Shown here: in pieces, positions 25,185 through 37,417 of the stretch
Layout of the letters: each line of letters opens with the position of its first letter
Position numbering within the stretch: the stretch's first letter is position 1
Assembly: GCF_009914755.1 (NCBI RefSeq)
Contig: NC_060932.1
DNA length: 64,000 nt
DNA from: the human T2T-CHM13v2.0 reference genome, Homo sapiens
Strand: one strand, 5' to 3'
Translations under genes and position numbers: made by a program
Notes under the pieces: generated by a model
Database searches by the model: none
The model's input: only the letters and a program-made list of their open reading frames with translations
Told to the model about the DNA's origin: nothing

Positions 25185-25410
25185 ATTCATTCCAAAAGTA
25201 TTTTTTGAATCCAACATATTGCTAGAGCTTTACATACCCTTTAGTTTAATCTTCATAACAACAGGATCTCTCCCATTTTTAAGATGCTGTCACTGAGAAT
25301 CAGGAAGTTTAATTAATTCATTCAGAGGTATGCTACCTGTAAAGGAAAGAGCCAATGAATCCACTTTGTTTATTTTTTTAAATTTTGAAGCTGTGTTTTT
25401 TCCACCATGT
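25185..25410 (-). mobile_element. MIR fragment
   Basis: 'tttaatcttcataacaac...cccatttttaagatgctgtcactgagaatcagg'. Confidence 0.55.
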
Positions 25411-26659
25411 AAGACATCTTCGTTTTGTCAGATTAGCGGTAAAGCTTCCTTTCCTCAGGGATCTCACATTATCCAAAACATGAAGTGATCATACCATGAC
25501 TAGAATATATACATTAAGAAAACAAGGGAGAACAGTGACTAAATGCTGCTTTTAGAGCAGACTTTAGAAGAGAGGTGAGAGTTTATTTAGCTCTCTGCTG
25601 TAGCCAGGGTTGTTCGTTCTAGAAAGAACCAAAGCTTAGATGGAGATGGATCCAAGAGCTTGACGAGGGGCAGACACCAGGGGTGCTCGGGGAGTCAAGC
25701 TCAGGGAGCCCCTTGTGGCCATAGAGGCTGTGAAGGGCGCTTCCATCAGGGCTACTGTGGACAGAGCTCAATGATGGAAAATGACCTCCTACGGTTTCCG
25801 CTTTCTTTTCATGTCCCTCTCAAGATTTGAGGCCTCTAGAGAGGAGATCTGAGGTTCTAAGCTCATGGTATGTGCTCATGTTTACTATATCCCCACTCAG
25901 GGACAGGTGGTTGCAGGCTCCCAAGGGTTCCACAGTGAGGGATAAGGGCCTATTGTTTGCTTACAAAGAGACTGTATGAAATGAAGGAGACGTAATTCTT
26001 TAAGAAGGGTCTGGGTGCTCTTAGCAAGATTACTGATGCCAGGGAGCAGGAAATCAACGAATGTCCATCATTGCTTTAAAGAAAATGAACAAGAGCTTCT
26101 CAGTGAAAGAGGAACACCGTGGCCTTCTGAGAAGGGTCAGAAAGTGGAAGCCTCACCAAAGCACAAAAGGGCATGTTTCATTTATTGAGAGAAAAAAAAA
26201 AAATGAGTATGACTAAAGGATCATGCACTTGGCAAAGTGGGTAGGTTTCAAGTCTGGGAAGGTCAACTGAATTTGGGAGATAAGAACCTTGTATTCTAAC
26301 ATACTTCAGGGACCACTGTGACAGGCCATGAGAAATGTTTAGGGGTAGAGCATTTACATGCCATTGTTTTCTTGCAGTTGGTTGTTAAATACCCCTGTCT
26401 CCCTTGGCAGTGTTGAAGAGCAGGCAAAATGAAGCCAGTCCAAATGCATAAGCCCAGCGTACAGACTCATCTTTTCCGGTGAATTATCCCTAATAGCATA
26501 GAGGATTTGTGAAGGGAGCATAGAGCAGAGATCTCAGAGGAAGCCACCATGCACAGACAGGTACATTCTTTTCAGTCTTCTGCACCTTCTTACAATTTAT
26601 GTGAACTTTGAAATTTTCTTCGTGGTGTGTCCATAAAATATACATCTAATTGTTGAATT

Positions 26660-27205
26660 AGAGGGACAATGGATGGCTCACTCAATATCCATTTCCTCCT
26701 TCTTTTTACTTGTAAACCCTTAATTCTGTCCCTGTGCCCACCCTCCCAACACAGATGTATACACAGCAAGGATGATGCTGTGTCCAGTTTCAGGGTGATT
26801 CAATAAGCCAATCATGGGAGTCCCATGACTGTTGTCAGCCATGTAGTTAGGAGGGACCCAGTGATTTCGAGGGGTCATACTGGAATATTCTTCCTTGTTC
26901 TTGAAAGAGAGACAATGATGTATCAGTCTTCTTTTCTGGACATTTTTGTGTCTGCCATCCTCAGAGCTGTGGTTATTCTTTGACACTGGGGAGGTAGACT
27001 GAGGAGAGGCTCTAGGGTGAACATAATAGAGCAAAAAATAGAATCTGGAGGTTTGATTCTTCATGACACCATGGAGTCTCTGTGTTCATCAGCCTGGGAA
27101 CTGCTGGACATGTGATCTGCTGCCATGTGAGGTGAATTGCTCTCTTGAGGCACTGAGCCCAGGCCTTCAGGTACCAGTTCAGGAGAAAGCATCCTCACGA
27201 ATTTA
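26660..27205 (+). mobile_element. Old MLT1 (J/K/L-like) MaLR LTR
   Basis: 'atatccatttcctccttctt', 'taagccaatcatgggagtccca', 'tcttcatgacaccatggag' and terminal 'gaaagcatcctcac'. Confidence 0.6.
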
Positions 27206-28032
27206 CCTCCAAATCCTTCAGTAAAGCAGGGGCTGCAGGAAGGTTCACAGCCTTAATCTCATGAATTTCTGTTTCCCTATCCTCACCACATGTCTGTGGA
27301 CCCCTGAGATAATTCATGCCTTCATTTGAGAAACTCAGAGCACCACCTTCTTTATGGCGATAGGTAATTTGAACTTAATGCATATACTGACAATAAAGTA
27401 TGTAAAATATAAACATCAAATTTGCTTTCATGGGATAGACATAATACATTCTCTTTCTCTTCTGTATGTATATAAGTATAATTGGGTAGGGGCTGTCTGT
27501 CTAGTGACCATGCTTAATTTTGATTTGGGGGGATTATATTCAATTTACCTGCAAAGGAAAAATGTGTTTTGTGTGAATAAGCATGTGTTTTGTGAGAGCT
27601 AGTCATTTTCCCCAAAGTCTAAAAATGTGTAAAAGACATTCTCTACACAATGTAAACAAGTTGTTTTATGTGTGACATCTGAAATGTGTGTTTCACTGTA
27701 CTGCTCAGTTCAGCATCTACTCTAATTCTCCAATGAGGGCTTTGATATGTGACGGGGAAAGGAAGGGTCACTGGGGCTCCTTGGAGGCAGCCATGGAAGG
27801 CAAGGAAGCTTTTCTCTCTTTCTTTTTCATTGTCCTGTGCCATGACAGCACACTGTTTTTTCTCTCTCTCAACTGATCTCTTAAAAAATAAATAAGATAC
27901 TCACTTGCATTATGCAATAGAATATATTTTCTTCTGTGAGTTATGAAATTTGGCATGATGAGGACATTGTAATATGGTCACTTTATAGACATCAATACGT
28001 ATTAGTTCTGACATTTTGTAGGGCTTCCTTAC

Positions 28033-28360
28033 TTTTTTTTTTTTGTGACACAGTTGGCCCTTGTTGCCCAGGATGCCATCTTGGCTCGCCACAACCTCCA
28101 CCTCCCGGTTCCAAGCGATTCTCTTGCCTCAGCCTCCTGAGTAGCTGGGATTACGGATTACAGACATGCACCACTATGCCCGGCTAATTTTTTTGTTTTG
28201 TTTGTTTGTTTGTTTGTTTGTTTGTCTGTTTGTTTAGTAGAGACGGAGTTTCTCCATGTTGGTCAGGCTGTTCTTGAGTGAACTCCCCACCTCAGGTGAA
28301 CTGCCTGCCTTGGCCTCCCAAAGTGCTGGGATTACAGGCATGAGCCACTGCAGCCAGTCT
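28033..28360 (-). mobile_element. AluSp-like
   Basis: Sp-type 'tttctccatgttggtcaggctg' and 'cttgttgccc'. TSD ggcttccttac at 28022-28032 and 28361-28371. Confidence 0.93.
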
Positions 28361-29895
28361 GGCTTCCTTACATTTTTATATTTGCTTAGGAGTTAGGTTA
28401 TAAATAGAGCACCAGTAACTTTGGAAGGATGTAAATAAACAACTTGAATTGAACCCTAAGTCAGTATTTGAAGACCAAACATGAAAGTAAATAGTTTTAC
28501 CGAGTCTCTAGAAATTCTGTTTGAGTTGTTTTTTTCTTAGTATTATTTTATGTGTGAATGGAATGAATTTTTCATATTATTTTTATGTTTGAAATATTCA
28601 TTTATAGAGTACAAAGCATATGGGTTTCTGTTTAATAAGAAATCGATATTTTCATCAACGCTTTTTTTGGTAACTCTCCTTTAAGTAATATTTTTAGATA
28701 TGACAGATGGAACATAATCAAGAATGAACAATTTCTGTTCATGTGTGGCCGGAATTAAGCTCCAGCTGGAAATTTCAAACGTCTGGAATTCACAAGATAC
28801 CTTCCCAGCTCCACTCCCCATCTGTGCCTCTGTTTACAGCTCTCTTCCATTTTTACTTCTAAAATACTGGGTGTTTGTTTCCTTTGTAGCTCTAGTTAGT
28901 AGAAGGACACTGGTCTTTGAGTCTGAATTCTAGTCCTATTACATTCTAGTTTTGATCCTAAGATGATCTTGTTTGAGTTTTAATTTCTTCCTTGGGAGAA
29001 AAGAGATGCTGCAGTTTCACAAGGTCGTTGGGGTTGGTTAGTGGATCAGCTCACACAACCCACGGACAGGAACAGAATAGGACATTTAGCACAAGGGTGG
29101 CCATAGCATGAATATTTGCTGAATGTATTTTCCTAAATGTGGAATCAAGAATCAGCAGCTTAAAAGAGCTAATGAATTCTCCAATCCATCATTCTGATTT
29201 TATAGACAAGAAGACTCCACCCCTGAGAAGAAGAGTGAAACACCAGAGGCTCCAAAGGAACCCAGTGACAGAGCAGGGGCTAAGGGCCAGTACACGGTGT
29301 ATTTGCATTTACCCCAGGAATCCGTCAAAATGCCAATTGCAAATTAACCTTTCAAAGCATTAAGCAACTTAATTATTTTCCAAAATTTAATCTGATGGTC
29401 TGCTGCCAACTCACTGCTGATTCTAGACAGTTCCTTTTTTATAAAGAATAATTATTTGTGTACTTTGGGTTCATTGCTGAGAGAAGCAGTATTGTTTTGG
29501 GGAGAAAGGAAAGGTTTCAAATGAGCCAGACATACTCCATGCATATGGAATTACTTCTACATTCTATTAGTATCTTCTTCAAAGTACCCTATCTTGTTCA
29601 GTGCCAGTTTAAACAGCACAGTTGCTTTTTCCTGGTTTCAAACTGGAGAAACTTTGAAAGAGAAATTTTAAGAAAATGTTAAGAAACACTCAACTTGAAA
29701 GATAGTTGGATGGTATTGGGATTACTACTGATCTGGGTGTCTTAGATCCACTCTTTACTAACTTTGTGATTCTAAGTGTCAGTACATTTTTTCTAAACTG
29801 TGGTATCTTCATCAATATCAGGAGATTGAGTATAGTGGCTGTTTCTATTTTGATTCTGAAATACATTATCACTTAAGTTTTGAAAATTAGACTGA

Positions 29896-30690
29896 TTCTA
29901 GATTTTTCAGGAATCGCCACACTGTCTTCCACAATAGTTGAACTAATTTACACTCCCACCAACAGTGTAAAAGCATTCCTATTTCTCCACAGCCTTGCCA
30001 GCATCTGTTGTTTCCTAACTTTCTAATACTTGTCCTTCTAACTAGCATGACATGGTATCTCATTGTGGTTTTGATTTGCATTTCTCTAAAGACCAGTGAT
30101 GAAGAGCTTTTTCTCATATGTTAGTTGGTTGCTTTGACCCAACAATTCCATTACTGGGTATGTACCTGAAGGATTATAAATCATTCTACTATACAGACAC
30201 ATGTACACGTATGTTTATTGCAGCACTATTTGCAATAGCAAAGACTTGGAACCAACCCAAATGCCCATCAATGATAGACTAGATAAGGAAAATGTGGCAC
30301 ATATATAGTATGGGATACTATGTGTCCATAAAAAAAGAATAAGTTCATGTCCTTTGCAGGGACTTGGATGAAGCCGGAAGCCATTATTCTCAGCAAACGA
30401 ACACAGGAACAGAAAAGCAAACACCACATGTTCGCACTCATAAGTGGGAGGTGAACAATGAGAACACATGGACACAGGGAGGGAAACATCACACACAGGG
30501 GCCTGTCGGGGGGTGGAGGGCAAGGGAAGGGAGAGCATTAGGATGAATACCTTAAGCATGAGGGGCTTAAAACCTAGATGGCGGGTTGATACGTGCAGCA
30601 AACCACCATGGCACATGTATACCTATGTAACAAACCTGCACGTTCTGTACATGTACCCCAGAACTTAAAGTAAAATAAAAATAAAAAAGA
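29896..30690 (+). mobile_element. Twin-primed L1PA (about PA8): inverted 5' part 29896-30132(-), sense 3' part 30133-30690(+)
   Basis: ORF 29887..30117(-) REMQIKTTMRYH...CWWECKLVQLLWKTVWRFL is ORF2p. The + strand then gives 'tttgacccaacaattccattactggg', the ORF2 end, 3'UTR and A-tail. Confidence 0.93.
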
Positions 30691-31101
30691 AAGTAAGATC
30701 GGACCTTTATAATATATAGATAGGCACATCAGAGAAAAAAAAAGAAAATTTACAATACTAAGTGCATGGGGTATGTGTGTATGTGTGTGTACCCTGTTTT
30801 AGAATAAACGTTGTTGAAAGACACGTTCATCAGAAGAGCAGTTAGTCTGGAATCATAGTAAAAAAAGTTGCTGAGATAGCGACAGCTGGCCCTTCCGGCA
30901 TGATATGATGGACAAGGAACAAAAGCCACACTACTCTGACTATACTGGTCTCATCTGTAATGCCTCTACTTTTAGATGGATGTTGGAGGAAGGCCTTACC
31001 TCAAGTTATTAAATATCTAGTTTATTTCTCCAGCAGGTAGTAATTCCATACTTATCAAACACAATGCTAGTGATGATTTGATTTCCCATTTAGGTCTGTG
31101 G

Positions 31102-31520
31102 ATGAGTCAGGTATTGCCATGCTAATGCTGTATAAAAAAATCGTGCCCAAAACAAGTGAGTTATGATAATATTTATTCGTTCTTAGTCTCATGTTTGAGG
31201 GGTGACCGTGGACTGGTTCTTTTAGGCTGGGCTCAGCTGGGTGGCTCTGCTTCAACTTGCAGAGCTGGTTAGAACTGCTTCTTGCAAAATTGATTCCGGT
31301 TGAAGAGGCAGCAGCTTTACAGGGAAAGCTCTAATCAAGACTATGCAGGGCACAGATCGCCAACCCAGCTCAGACACATGGGATAAGTCCCTGCTGGTGT
31401 CACATCTCCTAATGTCCCACTGGTGAAAGCGAGTGAGTGGACTTGGGGCAGGCAAGTAGACTTCTCTCAATGAAGGTCAGAGGGGAGGGGTGAGTTTTGA
31501 ACAATATGCAATCTCCCACT
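31102..31520 (-). mobile_element. MLT1 (H/I-like) MaLR LTR
   Basis: 'ggctgggctcagctgggtggctctgct' and 'tcacatctcctaatgtcccactgg'. Confidence 0.65.
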
Positions 31521-34030
31521 GTCTACCTACAGAAATGATATTCTGGTGACTCAGGCATGAATATCTAATTCCCTGACGCCACTAGAAATCAGAAGCTTGG
31601 TTACTATGAAGTTAGTATTAAAAGCTATCCTTTTGGTGGCACTTAATCGTTCTCATCTGTCTCCAATCTCTGTCACCACTAAAGGCCAGACCCCAGACTT
31701 GTTACATTCATTTGGAAGTGCCTTGCACCATGTGTATATGCTGAACACAGAGAATTCAATTCCACCTTTGGGGGCATCTTCCAGAACTGAATTTGCAATG
31801 TGGGTATGTGTTTCCTCTGTGGCTCTGACTCCGTTCTGCAGATATAGGATCTCAGAATACCTGTATGAAAGCAATGAATCACACGAGTGAGTGAACGCTA
31901 CTATAAAAACATTAAAAACATGAACATGATTATTTTTAAGAGTGAGATCGAATAGTAAAGAATAAAAAAAGATGTCATTATTTTTGCTGGTGTTTATGGA
32001 ATTTTATAGCTCATAAGTTTGCAAGAATCAAGAACTATTTTTATTGTGTTCTTATGTGCCCATCCTGCTGCCAACGTGAGAAGGGACAACTCTCTTCTGG
32101 GGAAGATGAAATTGGGTGGATGGTAGAGTTTGAGTTTAGATTTTCTGGCAAGCATGTTATGATATAGTTTTAAAGAAGTAAGTTTTAGTCATTTTGCTAT
32201 TTTATAGGACTGTGAACTCAGGAAACATAATGTAACTTTTCTGGGCCTCAATGGCCTCGATTTAAAATGAGGTGCCATTGTATTAAAGGATGTCATATAT
32301 CCTTCCACCGGTACTGATAGCCTGTGATTTTATTCATCTCAGATAACATGATCCAGTGCCACATTTTGCAGCTCTTATGAAAGAGAAAGCAAAGTAAATG
32401 CTGGCCAAAGGAATAAGAGACAACAGCTCGGGTGTCTCTGCTGTAGAACGTATCTGGGACCTTAGTCGCTTATGGTAGTCAACAGAAGCAGCGTTCAGTC
32501 TCGCCTGCCTTCCAGCTGCCTCTGACCTTTGTCCGCCACAAACGTGGTGCGCAGCAGGGACAGAAGCCATGGGGATAGATGGCAAACTCCTGCCCGGAGA
32601 GGTTGCTACCTCAGGGAAAGCTTGCAGCTCTCTTTAATCTCTCTGTCAACTCATTAACTGTACCTAGTTATCTTTTTTTTATATTAATTCACCTCTATTC
32701 CTGTAACTGGCATGTTTTCCATCTTCTGAATGGACATGAAGTAGGGTGAAAATATATATCTAGCAGAGGGTACTGAAGCAGCCATTGATACAAAGTCATA
32801 CAAGAGTGTTCTTCAGATTTACAGGAGGGAATGCAGTTTTAGGAAGTGCAACTTCCACGGGACTCGGGGGTGGAATTCATGATAGGACGCCATGGTCTAC
32901 ACGTTCGTGCTTGTGTGTGGAATAAACAACCTCTTTGGGGAGCCGCTTCCAAAGGGAACAAAGAGGTGGGCAATAGAGCTGTGATTAGGTTGGAGAAGGA
33001 AAAAAAAATCACCTTTTCGAATTTAATGAATAAACCCTTTCCATTGCTCTATATTATCCTCATTTCCCTCCATTCACCACCCAGCCTCTATCCTACCAAG
33101 ATCTAGTGTATTTCCCATCATCAACTTGCTCTTCAATATGTGTCTGCATCAGAGAGGAATGAATAAACACCGAACGAATGGGTATGATTTTAGGGGAAAA
33201 AGGCATATTTGAGCAAATGTGTCCATTTTAGTGAGTGACAAACCCCGCTATTGGCTACCCGTTCAGGTTTTTCATTCGTCCAGTCATTTCGGTATGTGCT
33301 GTAAGCCTTACAGTCCATTTTCTATGAAAAATACTTGATAACTGATAAAAATATTTATTTGTATGTCATTTGAATTATTCCCATTGATTTTTTCCTTCTT
33401 CTTTCCGTTTCACTTTTGGAATCCTTTGCAATTTCCTCTTAATGTGGAAACTTGTTGGAATAACTGTTTATTTATATTTTAAAAGACCGAACTGTAGCTC
33501 TTTCTAACTCATGTTTTGAATCCATTCGGAGAACTCATTCTTTGGAAATAGCTGCGGAGTTGGGTTTCTGCTAACAGCAGAATTTGATTTGCTCTTACAC
33601 CTTCATGTTTTGTTCAGCGCCCTTTTAAGTTTGGCAAAATTACTTTCAATTATCTCTGCTGCTTCCTTTAATAAGTAGCTTGGAGCAGTTTCCAAGGGCC
33701 TCCTCTAATCTTTCTGTGTGAGATCACTCTTGCCTTTCGAAAACACCTTACAAGGAGACACTGAAGGCAACTTGGCACTATTAAATTTTGGTCACACTAT
33801 CAGCTTGGGAGCAGGGCTTGCTAGGTTAGAGGTAGCACCTGCTTGAAACAGAACTTGGCTTATTTTGGGAATTTAAGCATGCAGCCGTTATAATAGTCAC
33901 AATGGTAAATGCACCCTGTCCCCTCCCCACAAATTACAGGGTTCATGGTGCTTACAGTACAAAAAGAAATGTCAACCTCTTAGGTGCTAAGAGATCGTCT
34001 GAATTGTTTCCTCATTTATTTTGGAACCCA

Positions 34031-34110
34031 CTTTTTTATTTTTATTTCATTTTATTTTATTATTTTATTTTATTTTATTTTATTTTGTTTTGTTTTGTTT
34101 TATTTTTGTT
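34031..34110. repeat. (TTTTA)n/(TTTTG)n tract
   Basis: Directly visible pentanucleotide array. Confidence 0.9.
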
Positions 34111-34839
34111 CTAAGATACAGTGATACCACGGGGAGAAACTTTACAGGCAATGTATTAAAAAACAAACAAACAAACAAACAAAAAAAACAAAAAGAAGGT
34201 GCTGAGTTTGCAGGTGAGGAAAACACATATTGGCTACCTCAAAGTGACAACTTGCTTAACATGTCAAAATTCCACCTCCCAAAGAGCTCAAATGCCCTAG
34301 TTGAAATTTTATAAGTTTTATACTTTTTTTCATTCACCTTGATAAGACTGGTATATTTAAGGAAAAAGAACCCAGCATACTCAATTTAATAAGCAGCTAC
34401 TGGGTACCAACAATTGGATAAATAATTTACTGAAAAATTTGACTCATTTTATTTGTTCTACTTCAACATTTTTCCTCTGTGTCTAAAAACGTCACTGTAT
34501 ACTCCCTTCTCCTTCAGTGTAAGAGAAAGACTAATCTTCTCTCTAAGACCATGCTCTTCATTTTTAATATTGGCCACTGCCACTGTCCTTTCCTGACTCA
34601 CCTCTGGATCCAGAAATTAGCCCTCTCTTTCAATATTTCCTTCCCTCTGGAATCCCTCTCTCCCTCTCTCTGTCTTCTTCCCCCATCCCATCTCCCTGTC
34701 TGTCTCTCTGTCTCTTCCCCGCATCCAATTACACTTCTCTCCCTTATCCTAAAAAATCCATGGAATAAGCTAAGAATATCTAAAAAATGAAAGTCAAATA
34801 AGCATCCCCAATTACCCACTCAATGTTTTCTGCATTGTC

Positions 34840-34862
34840 TTTTTTTTTTTTTTTTTTTTTTT
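34840..34862. repeat. Poly-T run
   Basis: About 23 consecutive T. Confidence 0.9.
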
Positions 34863-35387
34863 GTGGAATGCTAGAAGATTGTATTGAGGCTTAGTAGGTG
34901 AGCTTAAGAGACAAAAATGACTATATATTTTTTTCTAAGCATGTTGTTGAGAATATTATTTATCATAATACATGGCATTTTAGAAAAGACCCGTATGAGA
35001 GAATTGTGGTTAGTTACACTGATAATGGTTATGCTGTTTCCAAGTAATTTATTTGTCTTTCTTATGAATGATCTTATGAAAATAGTTCCTTTTTCTTAGT
35101 GACAGTTAAATGCTCAGGACTCAGTGTGCAGCTTACGCATACACAAATATATGCACTAAATGATATACACTGTTTCATTAGACTGTAATAAAACAGGTCT
35201 TAGCTTCATTTCATGATATTACCTTTTCTCTGATTTGTTTAAGACCAAAGTGAATATCAATAAAAATATACAGTTTCTCTTTCCCTTCACCATAAAGTGA
35301 CAGATTACTTCCTAGTCATGGCTTAACAATTAGCTTTCTTTGTAAGTCCTTTAGATATTTTTATCTCCACAGATCTTGAATTCTATG

Positions 35388-35408
35388 TTCTCTCTCTCTC
35401 TCTCTCTC
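35388..35408. repeat. (CT)n microsatellite
   Basis: Perfect TC repeat. Confidence 0.9.
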
Positions 35409-35745
35409 TTAAGTTCCTCTATCTTTGGTTCCTGTAGTTGTCTGGGTTTTTGTTTGTTTGTTTGTTTGTTTTTTTGTTTTTGCCTCAATGATTATACCTC
35501 TTTCCATATCCTTACTTGTCTTGTTTGGCTCCTGTCTATATTTTGTTATTAATCTCATCCATTTTCATCTTACTAGTTACTTCAATGGGAATAGCCTACA
35601 GATATTATTCTCAGCCCATGTCTTTCTCCCATAGCTCCAGTCCTGTATTCCTAGCTATCTCCTAGGTGCCCTCATTTGAGATCCTGATGATACTCAATTA
35701 TTGATCAACCGAACTCTTTATCTTCTTCTATTAAAATAAAAAAAA

Positions 35746-35903
35746 TAGAGATGGGGTCCCACTATGTTGCCAGGTTGGAGTGAGGTGGTTATTCTCGGGC
35801 CTGATCGTAGTGCACTACAGCCTGGAATTCCTGGGCTCTTGCAATCCTCCCACCTCAACCTCTCAAGTATCTGGCACTATGAGCTTGCATCATCATGCCT
35901 AGC
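35746..35903 (-). mobile_element. FAM (fossil Alu monomer)
   Basis: 'ggttggagtgaggtggttattctcgggcctgatcgtagtgcactacagcct' retains the FAM-specific segment (cf. GCTGTAGTGCGCTATGATCGCGCCTGTGAATAGCCACTGCACTCC) absent from dimeric Alu arms. Confidence 0.8.
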
Positions 35904-36179
35904 TCAGAATTCACTATGTCCTCCTGCAAATCTGTGCTTCCTTGTTTGTTTATTTGTGTTAATTTTTCTTAACACTCATCCTACATACAGATTTCAGGAC
36001 CAACTTTGACTTTGCATAAATTCTGCCATTTAATTATTTCTTTCTCTACCCAGCTCTCTATTCTTTAGCAAATTGAGAGCCTTCATTAAGTTACACAGTG
36101 GCTACTCATCCCCTGTCCTTCCTCATTTACACATTGCTGCTAATTAACCATTATTCAATCATGAATAAATGACAGTTGC

Positions 36180-36280
36180 ATGGCATCCTGGGATGGAGCT
36201 GGACATGAGAGTCAGATACACCTGGATCTGAGTCCTCACTCTGGTTCTTGCTAGTACAGCTAAGTCATTTTATCTCACAA
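36180..36280 (+). mobile_element. MIR fragment
   Basis: 'gagtcagatacacctggatctgagtcctcactctg'. Confidence 0.55.
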
Positions 36281-36309
36281 TATAACTTTAAGTTTGGTTG
36301 CATAAGCCA

Positions 36310-36520
36310 TGATGGGGTAGGTTACGCCTAGTAACAAATCAGTGCTTAAAACAATTTTTTCTTTTGTATGTTACATATCCGACATGAGATGGTTGGGGAT
36401 TATGTCAGTGAAAAGGGGGCATTGTGTTGTTTTGCAATGACGATTAAAGGCTGTGGGCCAGAAGCAACACAGGTCACTTCTGTACCATTTCCTTGGCCAA
36501 AGTAAATCACACTACTGTGG
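36310..36520 (-). mobile_element. Old MLT1 LTR hosting the MLT1 provirus; resumes at about 39373-39420
   Basis: 'gtcacttctgtaccatttccttggccaaagtaaatcac' continues after the provirus as 'catggctaacttcaaatgg'. Confidence 0.55.
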
Positions 36521-37054
36521 AATGTTAGTCTGCTTGGGCTGCCACAGCAAAATACCACAGACCTAACAGCAGGAACTTATTTTCTCAGAGTTCTAGAGGC
36601 TGAAGGTCTCCAATCAAAGTGCCAGCCAATTCCATTGCTGGTGAAGCCACTCTTCTTGGCCATGTGTTCCTCTTCTTAAACACCACTGGTCCTACTGAAT
36701 TATAGTTCTGCCCTTGTGACCTGGTTTAACCTTAATTACTGCCTGAAGATTCTATCTGCAAATATGGTCACATGCAGGATTAGGGATTCAACATGAATGT
36801 GAGAGGACACGATTCAATTCATAGCATTCTGCACTCCCCAGATTCATGTCCTTGTCAGGTGCAAAATATATTAACTCCATCCCTAAAGCTCCAACATTTT
36901 AAATCATTACAGCATCAACTCTAAGGTCTAAAGTCCAAAGTCTCACGTAAATGGTATCTGAATTAGATAGGGATGAGAGTCAAGGTACTATTCATCTTGA
37001 AGCAAAATTGCTCTCCAGCTGTGAACCTGTGAAACCAGAAGGGTTCTGTGCTTC

Positions 37055-37417
37055 TGATATAGTTTGTCTGTGTCCCCACCCAAATCTCACGTGGAATTGT
37101 AGCTCCCACCATTCCCACAAGTTGTGGGAAGGACCCAGTGGGAGACAATTAAATCGTGGGGGCGGTTTTCCCCATACTGTTCTCATGGTAGTGAGTCAAG
37201 TCTCCCAAGATCTGATGGTTTCATAAGGGGTTTCCCTTTTCACTTGGCTCTCATTCTCTCTTGTCTGCTGCCATGTAAGATATGACTTTTGCCCTCCGCC
37301 ATGATTGTGACACCTCCCTAGCCACGTGGAACTGTGAGTCCATTAAACCTCTTTTTCTTTACAAATTACTCAGTCTTGAATATGTCTTTATCAGCAGCGG
37401 GAAAACAGACTAATACA
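37055..37417 (+). mobile_element. THE1B-like solo LTR inserted in MLT1-int
   Basis: TGATATAGTTTG...CAGACTAATACA, with a perfect 5-bp TSD GCTTC at 37050-37054 and 37418-37422. Confidence 0.95.
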
